Below, in pieces: positions 54,665-64,000 of a stretch of DNA of 64,000 bases. A model generated the notes under the pieces. The model saw only the letters and a program-made list of their open reading frames with translations. It was not told the DNA's origin and made no database searches. Numbering within the stretch: position 1 is the first letter of the stretch; the number at the start of each line of letters is the position of its first letter. This stretch comes from Lama glama (lineage: Eukaryota): the NCBI GenBank assembly GCA_028534125.1, contig CM052818.1, positions 28,274,001 through 28,338,000 on the forward strand. Reading direction: 5' to 3'. The position numbers and the translations under genes are program-made.

Positions 54665-55800
54665 TAGGCAGCCATTTTGGGGAGCTCCTTTTACCACATA
54701 GACAATGGACCTGGCAAGCACCAGTTTGGAATCCACCCTTTAGCTTACTAGCACTGGGACCTAGCCCACCCATCAGCAGACTTGCTGCTTTAAGATTGCC
54801 TCTTCACCCACAACCACCCCAGGACCCAGCCGGTCCACCAGAGGGCCTAGGACCCAGCCCCATATACCAGCTCACCAACACTAGCCCCGCCTAAGACCCC
54901 CAGGGCCCTGCAACCAGAGACCCTGGGACCTGGCTTTGCCCACCAGTGGGCAGGTGCCAGCCCTAGGACCACTCAACCTTGCAGCCTGTAGTGTCATGAA
55001 CCAGCCCACACACCAGCAGGCTAGCATCAACTCTTGGAAACCTTGGGCCCCTCAGCCAGCATCCCTGGGATTCAGCCCCAACCAACAGTGAGTAGATATC
55101 AGCTATGGGACCAAAGGGCCCTGCAGCCAGAGACCCTGGGACCCAGCTATGCTCACCAGTGAGAAAGCACTAGCCCCCAGGACTCCCAGGCCCTGGCCCC
55201 ACCCACAAGCAGGCTGACACAAGCTCCAAGCTGGCTAACACTAGACCCAGAACCCTGGCCCTGCAACCACCCACCTCAAAACCTGGCTCCACCCACCAGT
55301 AGGCCAGCACAAGCCCTAAGAACCCCTGGGGCTCTTCAGCCAGCTACCTCATGATCCTGCCCTACCAACCAGTGGCCAGCAGTCTCCACACAAGACAGGA
55401 CCTGGCAACCAAATGGACTGGAGGCCAGCCATGCCTATAAGACTGCCTACAGCAGTCAGCCTGCTGGTGTGCTGCTGCCACTTAAAATGATCATAGATAG
55501 ATAGATGGCTATATGTAAACCTCATGGTAACCACAAGCCAAAAATCTATAATAGATACACACAATAAAGAGAAAGGAATCCAACAATAACACTAAAGATA
55601 GTCATCAAATCACAAGGGAAGAGAAAAAAGAAAGGGAAAAAAAAGAACTACAAAAACAATCCCAAAACAATGAACAAAACGGCAATAAGTACACAAATAC
55701 CAATAATTACTTCAAATGTAAGTGGACTCAATGTTCCAATCAGAAGACATAAAGTGGCTGAATGGATTGAAAAAAAATAAGACCCGTATATATGCTGGAA
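54665..55800 (+). mobile_element. Older L1: C-rich 5' UTR with ~70-bp degenerate tandem units, joined to the inter-ORF region and ORF2 start
   Basis: GGCAGCCATTTTGGGGAGC, then repeated CCCTGCAxCCAGAGACCCTGGGACC...CACCAGTG units. From ~55490 comes AACCTCATGGTAACCACAA...ATAATTACTTCAAATGTAAGTGGACTCAATG. Confidence 0.7.
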
Positions 55801-56079
55801 ACAATCAAAAGGGTAGACAAGAAATCTGCCAGAAAAGCTCATATAGCTTCCCAGGGCTGGAAGACTCATACTAATTAATATACCTAAATCGAGTCCCTCG
55901 TACGGATAAAACTGGCTGAAGGCTACAAGGTGGGAAACTAAAAAGGATTTCAGAATTTCAACCATAAAAGTCTAAAGAGAAACACAGGGCAAAACTATAT
56001 ATTTCATTTTATATATATATATTTCTTATGTTTTTCCTTTAAAAGTTCATTTGACAAATTTTAAGGCTTTAAACAAGGA

Positions 56080-57278
56080 ATGGATATTAACCTCTTATTT
56101 GATATATGATTTGCAAAAAATTTTGCCTCATTTTGTAGGCTTCCTTTTCATTTTGTTGACTGATGCTTTTGCTGTGCAGAAGAGTTTTAGTTTGATGTAG
56201 TCCCACTTGCTTAATTTTGCTTTTGTGCCTTTAGTGTCATGTTCCAAAAAAATCACTGCCAAGACCAAAGTCAAAGATCTTCTTTGCTATATTTTCTTCT
56301 GAGAGTTTTACAGTAGTAGGTCTTATGTTTAAGTTTTTAATCTATCTTGAATAAATTTGGGGAGTATTGTTAGACAGGGGTCCATTTTCATTTTTCTGCA
56401 TGCAGTTATCCAAGTTTTCCCAACGCCATTTGTTGAAGAGACTATCCTTTCCCCAGTGAGTGTTCTTGACTCTCTTATCAAATATTAGTTGACCATGTTT
56501 TGGGGGATTTACTTCTGGGTTCTCTATTCTGCTCCATTTGTCTATGTTTCTATTTTTATGCCAGTAACATACTGTTTTAATTACTATAGCTTTGTAGTAT
56601 TCAGAAAGTGTGATGCCTCCACTTTATTCTTCTTTCTCAGGATTGCTTTGGTCTTTTGTGGTTCCATACAAATTTTACGATTGTTTTCTTTATTTCTGTA
56701 AAAAATGTCTTTGAGTTTTGACAAGTACTGCATTGAGTTTATAGATGGCTTTGGGTAGTACAGACATTTCAACAATATTAACTCTAAGAATCCATAAATA
56801 TGGGATAGCTTTCATTTGTGTCATCTTCAATTTCATTTTATCAAAGTCTTACAGTTTTTATTGTACAGATCTTTCACTTTCTCGGTTAAATTTATTCCTA
56901 AGTATTTTATTGTTTTTGATTCTATTGTGAATGGGACAGTTTTCTTTACTTCTTTTTCAGATATTTGTTGTTAGTGCTTAAAGAATGTAACTGGGTTTTG
57001 TATGTTGATTTTATATCTTACACTTTGACTATATTTGTTGATTAGCTCCAATGGTTTTGGGTTGAGTTCTTTAGTATTTTTAATATATAAGATCATATTA
57101 TCTGTAAATAGCAACAATTTTACTTTTTCCTTTCCAATTTGGATGCCTTTCATTTCTTTGTCTTGCTCTGTCTAGAATTTCTAGTACCACGCTGAATAAA
57201 AGTGGTGAGAGTGGGCATCCCTGCCTTTTTTCTTACTCTATAGGTAAAGCTTTCAATCTTTCACAGTTGAGTATGATA
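56080..57278 (-). mobile_element. L1 ORF2 fragment
   Basis: Minus-strand peptides MKGIQIGKEKVKLLLFTDNMILYIKN and [12 protein letters not shown]. Confidence 0.9.
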
Positions 57279-57524
57279 GCTATTATTACTTAAGGGCAAA
57301 TTACTGACTGTTCAAATTATCTAAAACATTTTTTAAATGAACAGTGAGAACTTCTAAATTTGATTAAGTTTTGCTTGTAGACTCACTAGTTTTCTGAACC
57401 AGTGGGTACCTTATGAGGTTTGCTGCATGAAATTCAGAGGTCAACAGTACCTTCAATTATCTCAAAATAACTTTTCAAAATCATTTGTACTATGACTTCC
57501 AGGTTATCAAAAATATTTCTTTGT

Positions 57525-58048
57525 AATAGTGAGAAACTAAAAGCTCTTCCATGAAAATCAGGAACTCAAGGATGTCCCAACTCACCACCTCTTTTCAACA
57601 TTATACTGGAATTCCTAATTAATGCAATTAAGACAGGAAAAGGAAATTAAAAGGATTCAGATTGAGAAATAAGAAATAAAACTATATATATTTGAGGTGA
57701 CAATCATTTTTTAAGAAAATCTAAAAAATTGGCCAAAAAACCCCTCCTGGAACTAATAAATTAGTATAGAATGATACAAGATTAATATACAAAAATCACT
57801 CACTCTCTTATATACTAGCACTAAACAAGTGAAATTTCAATTTAGAAACATAATACCATTACATTTGTCCCCCCAAAATGAAATATTTTGGTATAAGTCT
57901 AACAAAATATGTACAAGAGCTACATGAGAAAAAACTAAAACTTTGATGAAATAATTCAAATAAGTAAATGAATAGAGAGATACTGCATGTTCATGAATAT
58001 TGAGGAAGACAATATTTCCCACATGTCAGTTCTTCCCAAATTAATATG
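57525..58048 (+). mobile_element. Old L1 ORF2 (RT region) fragment
   Basis: GAGAAACTAAAAGCTCTTCC...CAAGGATGTCCC...TTCAACATTATACTGGAA. Confidence 0.8.
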
Positions 58049-58559
58049 GCTTCTGAATGGTAGTAACACTAAACTCAGGGAAGTCTCAGTGACTATGTGT
58101 AAATATATTTAAATAGTAATTAAAATAGAATTATAGCAGCCTGTATGAATAGGCAAAAATTATTTAACATTATTTTATGAAGAAGTAATATGATTTACTT
58201 TGTATTTATGTGAAAATATTATTTAATAGTCATTATTAGACAAATAACATAGTAAACATTTAAAAATCTAATAAAATTATGTAAGATTCATATATGATAG
58301 TTGCTGAAAGAATTGTCTTTCTAATTCTCAGGACATTTAACAGTTAAGCACATAAGAAAAAATCTGCATGCTAAAATGTTAAATTTTTTAACATTCCACT
58401 GTTATCATATCTTGAAGAGTTTACTTAGTTTTGTTTAGAAGTAAACTCTCAAAGGACCGTGTCAATCCACCATAACAAGTTTTATTCAGGACTTGTGTCT
58501 TTTTTATTCTTTGTTCTCTTTACTTTATGCATCTAAGAAATGCATAAAAGAGTTTGGGG

Positions 58560-59059
58560 NNNNNNNNNNNNNNNNNNNNNNNNNNNNNNNNNNNNNNNNN
58601 NNNNNNNNNNNNNNNNNNNNNNNNNNNNNNNNNNNNNNNNNNNNNNNNNNNNNNNNNNNNNNNNNNNNNNNNNNNNNNNNNNNNNNNNNNNNNNNNNNNN
58701 NNNNNNNNNNNNNNNNNNNNNNNNNNNNNNNNNNNNNNNNNNNNNNNNNNNNNNNNNNNNNNNNNNNNNNNNNNNNNNNNNNNNNNNNNNNNNNNNNNNN
58801 NNNNNNNNNNNNNNNNNNNNNNNNNNNNNNNNNNNNNNNNNNNNNNNNNNNNNNNNNNNNNNNNNNNNNNNNNNNNNNNNNNNNNNNNNNNNNNNNNNNN
58901 NNNNNNNNNNNNNNNNNNNNNNNNNNNNNNNNNNNNNNNNNNNNNNNNNNNNNNNNNNNNNNNNNNNNNNNNNNNNNNNNNNNNNNNNNNNNNNNNNNNN
59001 NNNNNNNNNNNNNNNNNNNNNNNNNNNNNNNNNNNNNNNNNNNNNNNNNNNNNNNNNNN
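58560..59059. other. Assembly gap (500 N)
   Basis: Run of N. Confidence 0.99.
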
Positions 59060-59404
59060 ATGAGCAGTGTATTTATTTACTCACCTGAATCACATATCAA
59101 AAATTTTATAAATAATTTCAATAAAGGGAGCTAGAACAATTAATTTTTTCTTTAAGTATAATTTGTATATGTGAATTCTTTATTTTTATAACAGCTTCAT
59201 TTTAATCCCAATTTTGTGTTCATATTTGCCAGTATTCAGTATATACATTCAATATAGTTGCAAACATAGTATATATTGTCTCATTTCATACATGTGTGGT
59301 TAATCTATATATTCATATATATGTATGACTGTGAGCATATAATACACATGTGAAATGTGTACATATATATGTGTGTATATATGCATATACGTACACATAC
59401 ATAG

Positions 59405-59590
59405 CTAGAAGCCCTAGCTATGGGATAATAAACTAGTCACTTAATATATTAAATCACATTTTTTTTCTTATCTGTTAAATAAGAATGGAAATAATATCTA
59501 AATAGGAGAGTATCCATAGGAATTCAAAGAGAATATGTCGGAAAAATCAATTTATAAACTGAAAGAATATTTATGTTTGTAGATTCTCAT
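59405..59590 (+). mobile_element. MIR SINE fragment
   Basis: AGTCACTTAA...TTTCTTATCTGTTAAATAAGAATGG. Confidence 0.55.
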
Positions 59591-59999
59591 TGCTACTATT
59601 CATTTTTAATGCATTGCTGCCACAGAAAGTTTTTTTTCAAGTGATCGAATTCATTTGCAACATTCAGTTTAGGAACTCGGAGCTCTTCCTTTACTCTCAC
59701 ATGCAAGAACTGTCAACATAACATGGCCAAAGACAACACTTTTCATTCAACTCATTCCTCTTCACCTCAAAACTAAAGAAGTAAAACCTAAATTTCTTTC
59801 TTTTATATTTCCTTTCTTGGTTAATGAAATTACTGGCCATCCCAGAGAGAGATAAGCTATCTATACTGTCGTAGTAGAAGGGAAAATCCTCCCACAAGAA
59901 TGAGGCAATGGGCATTAAGACATCCCACAATAGGCAGACTATCTCTGTGTTGACTTCCATCCCTGCTTTATCACAATTGCTAACACTTCCTGAGAGTTG

Positions 60000-60177
60000 A
60001 ATGTGCAAGCAACTGTGCTGAACATTTTCTACTATTAAACTCAACTAAAGCTTATAACAACCCTGGGAGATTTACTTAATATTTTCTTATTCACATTGTA
60101 AAGATAAGGAAACACGCTTTCAAGTTTGGGGACCTGCAACTACTAAAGGTCTAATCTAGGATTTAATCACAATTCTT
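60000..60177 (-). mobile_element. MIR SINE split by the L1; it continues at ~62808-62830
   Basis: CTTATAACAACCCTGGGAG...TTATTCACATTGTAAAGATAAGGAAAC...AGGATTTAATC, resuming as CCCTTAATCATTGTGCTA. Confidence 0.55.
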
Positions 60178-62797
60178 CTTTTTTTTAATTGAAATATAGT
60201 CAGCTACAATGTGTCAATTTCTGGTGTACAGCATAATGTTGCAGTCATGCATATATATATATACACACACACATATTCATTTTCATATTCTCTCATTAAA
60301 GGTTATTACAAGATATTGAATATAGTTCCCTGTGCTATATAGAAGAAATTTGTTTTTAACTATTTTTATACATAGTGGTTAACATTTGCAAATCTCAAAC
60401 TCCCAGATTTATCCTTTCCCATTCCCTTTCCCCAGGTAAGCATAAGATTGTTTACTATGTCTACGAGTTTGTTTCTGTTTTGTAGATGAGTTCATTAGTG
60501 TCCTCTTTTTTCTTGTTTTTTAGATTTCATGTAAGTGAGATCATATGGTATTTCTCTTTCTCTTTCTGTCTTATTTCACTTAGAATGACGATGTCTAGGT
60601 CAATCCATGTTGCTGTAAATGGCATTATTTTATTCTTTTTTATGGCCAAGTAGTATTCCATTGTATAAATATACCACAACTTGCTTATCCAGTCATCTGT
60701 CAATGGACACTTAGGTTGCTTCCATGTATTGGCTATTGTATATACTGCTGCTATAAACATTGGGGTACAGTTGTCTTTTCAAATTAGAATTCCCTCTGGA
60801 TATATGTCTAGGAATGGGGTTGCTGGATCATATGGTAAGTCTATTTTTAGTTTTGTGTGGAACCTCCATACTGTTTTCCATAATGGCCTACACCAAACTA
60901 CATTCCTACCAGCAGTGTAGGAGGGTTCCTTTTCTCCACTCCCTCTCCAGTATCTATTGTTTGTGGACTTTTGAATGATGGTCATTGGGACTCGTGTAAG
61001 GTGATACCTCATTGTAATTTTGATTTGCATTTCTCTGATAATTAGCAATATTGAGCATTTCTTCATGTACCTATTGGCCATTTGTATGTCTTCACTGGAG
61101 AATTGCTTGTTTAGGTCTTCTGCCCATTTTAACTCATACTGATCTTCTCAAACTCTACAAAAGATTGAAAAGGAGGGACTATTCCCAAACTCATTCTCTG
61201 AAGCCACCCTCACTGTGATACCAAAACCAAAGACACTACCAAAAAAGAAAATTACAGGCCAGTATCATTGATGAACATAGATGCAAAAATCTTCAATAAA
61301 ATGTTAGCAAACAGAATCCAATAGCACATAAAAAAGGTCATACACCATGATCCTGTTGGATTCATCCCAGGGACACAAGCATGGTTCTACATATGCAAAT
61401 CAACCAATGTGATACACCGCATCAACAACAGAAATAACATAAACAACATGATCAATAGATGCAGAAAAAAGCATTTGATAAAATTCAACACCCATTTATG
61501 ACAAAAATTTTTACCAAAGTGGATAGAGAGGGAACATATCACAACATAATAAAAGCTATTTATGACAAACCCATAGCCAGAATACTACTCAATGGTGAAA
61601 AACTGAAAGCCTTCCCACCAAAGTCAGGAACAAGACAAGAATATCCACTTTTACCATTTCTATTCAACACAGGCTTGGAAGTCCTAGCCACAGCAATCAG
61701 GCAAGAAAAAGAAATAAAAGGGATCCAAACTGGAAGAGAAGAGATAAAATTGTCTCTATATGTGAAAGACATGATTCTATATATAGAAAACATAAAAGCT
61801 CCACACAAAAATGACTAGAGCTGATGAAAGAATTTGGCAAGGTAAAGGATACAAGATTAACATACAGATAACAGTTTCATTTCTTTACACTAACAATAAA
61901 ATAGCAGGAAAATAAAGTAAAAAAAAAATATCTCTTTTAAAATTGCACCCAAAACAATAAAATACTTAGGAATAAATATGACTGAGGAGGTGAAAGATAT
62001 ACATGGAGAATTATAAAACACTGATTAAGGAAATTAAAGATGACTTAAAGAAATGGAAAGATATACCATGCTCTTGGGTTGGAAGAATCAACATTGTTAA
62101 AATGTTCACACTGCCCAAGGCAATGTACAGATTTAATGTGATCCCTATCAAATTATCCATGACATTTTTCACAGAACTAGAACAAATAATCCTGAAATTT
62201 ATATGGAATCAGAAAAGACCCAGAATTGCCAAAGCAATACTAAAGAAAAAGAATGAAGCTGAAGAAATAACCCTCCCAGACTTCAGATAATACTACAGAG
62301 CTATGGTAATCAAAACAGTGTGGTACTGGCACAAGAACAGACATATTGATCAATGGAACAAAACAGAGCCCAGAAATAAACCCACAGTACAGTCAACTGA
62401 TTTTCAACAAAGGAGATAAGAATATACAGTGGAGAAGAGTCTCTTCAGCAAGAGGTGTTGGGAAAACTGGACAGCAGCACATACATCAATGAAGTTAGAA
62501 TATTCCCTCTCACCATACACAAAAAGAAACTCAAAATGGCTTAAAGACTTAAATATAAGACAAGACATGATAAACCTCCCAGAAGAAAACATAGGCAAAA
62601 CATTCTCTGACATAAATCTTAGCAGTGTTCACCAGGGCAGTCTACCCAGGCAATAAAATAAAAGCAAAAATAAACAAATGGGACCTAATTAAACTTACCA
62701 GTTTTTGTACAGCAAAGGAAACCATAAGTAAAACAAAATGACAACCTACGGAATGGGAGAAAACATTTGCAAATGATGCAACTGATAAAGGTTTAAT
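60178..62797 (-). mobile_element. Young L1 with 5' inversion: antisense 3' end 60178-61130 and sense ORF2 segment 61131-62797
   Basis: ORF2 peptides lie on the minus strand (60527-61081) and the plus strand (61459-62656). There is a poly(T) at 60179-60186 and a TSD at 60162-60177 and 62792-62807. Confidence 0.93.
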
Positions 62798-63892
62798 AAC
62801 AATTTTTAGACCCTTAATCATTGTGCTAGTTAACAGGAAAACAAAGTTGAAGTGATGAACTTGAAACTCTAGTCACAGGTTCAAGCTGACCCAGATACCA
62901 CAAGATTTCACAGGGTTTATTAGGGATCCACTTTACATCTGGGCCATAACATGACTCCTGCATCTTTTATGGTTCTCACCAGGTCTCACTGCCCTGATTT
63001 TATAGATTGGGCTCCATGATTCACTGTATTCTCTCCCCTACATCACAGATTTTTAAAGAAGTAAAACAGTGAACATACTATTTTTTACCCTCTGATTTTT
63101 AAAATTTATTGCCTTATTCTCTGGGGCAGGCTTTTTGTAATTTTCAAACAAACTACCAAAAGCAATAGAAACACTAGACACTATGCAGAGGAACACTAAT
63201 GTGTTCAAAATCACTGGGAAAAACTAACTAAAGGAAAGAAGTAAAACTGATTATTTCAGGTGTGTTACTATAGCCTGAAAATGTTGCAACAAAATCAGTT
63301 TAGCCTGCTTTGAGTTTGGGAAACATCTGCCTTTTCTATTAAAAACAGTACAAGGAATTTTCTTTCATGAAACTTAAAAATAACTGACAATCTTTTGAAC
63401 TTCAATTTCTGCAAAAGGAAGGGAAATACCAGTTTATAATAGTTGACTTTGTGTTAAAAATATATATTTAAGAACATGTTTTAAAAGCAGCATCAATTAC
63501 TTACTCACTCCAAACGATGCTTTTTGGTGAATACTTAAAAGAGCAGTAACTTGCTGCTTGCCAAGTAAGGCAACTATGTTTCCGGCAGTGCAGCCACTAG
63601 CTTTATGTTAACTAAGTTCTTCCAAGTAAAATTTAGTATTGGAAGTCTTTTAAAGAGCAAGATGTTGGATAGTAGCAAAAATATAACAATTCAAAATATT
63701 TATTTTAATTAATTTTTCTGTCTCCTCTACTTTGTTCTCTTATCTTATATAACAAAGTAATAAATAATTCAAAGAAATGTCTACTTCTTGTGAACATCTA
63801 TGTGTAGTCTTAAAAGGTCATGTGGCTAGTTTAGTCTATAATACACTTAAGTGTTTCTCTTTTTTTAAGTTATTCTAGGGGTCAGATTTAGA

Positions 63893-64000
63893 TGATGGAA
63901 TTCAGGACATATGATTCCAAAACATGGCACCTTGGTATATTAAATTCTGCAACCTGAGGGAATCTGAGAAAACAGTAGAAGCAAGAAGGCTAGTTTGACC
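63893..64000 (+). mobile_element. Start of a MER34-like LTR, running off the window end
   Basis: TGATGGAATTCAGGACATATGATTCCAAAACATGGCACCTTGGTATATT. Confidence 0.5.

Noticed and set aside
54780..55400. CRISPR-like repeat-spacer array
   Set aside because: The units are degenerate along their whole length with no unique spacers, there are no cas genes, and the context is a mammalian L1.
58493..59134. ORFs of 169-213 aa
   Set aside because: Almost entirely N-gap artefacts.
59697..60044. 115-aa minus-strand ORF and a possible signal-peptide exon (MKSVVFGHVMLTVLA)
   Set aside because: No recognisable homology, partial overlap with a MIR, and no linked downstream exons that I could support.

Overview
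This is AT-rich mammalian genomic DNA, intronic or intergenic. It is most likely camelid, given a tRNA-Ala-derived vic-1-like SINE and cetartiodactyl-type L1 ends. It has three N gaps: 13143-13642, 41603-41702 and 58560-59059. The only recognisable cellular gene sequence is an intronless DNAJB1 (Hsp40) retrocopy at 13657-14679. It has no frameshift and a single TGG>TGA stop at codon 212, and it lies just beyond a gap from a CpG-rich L1 5' UTR. The rest is mostly transposable elements (young and old L1, L2, MIR, LTRs, hAT MITEs) and microsatellites. The most notable structures are retrotransposition products. One is a TSD-bounded, inverted L1 fragment carrying an apparent 86-nt 3' transduction (40558-41977). 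Another is a classic twin-primed 5'-inverted L1 (60162-62807). The DNAJB1 copy itself also lacks a poly(A) tail. I found no convincing new biological system and no prokaryotic features. Repeat subfamily names are from memory of consensus sequences, not from a database search.
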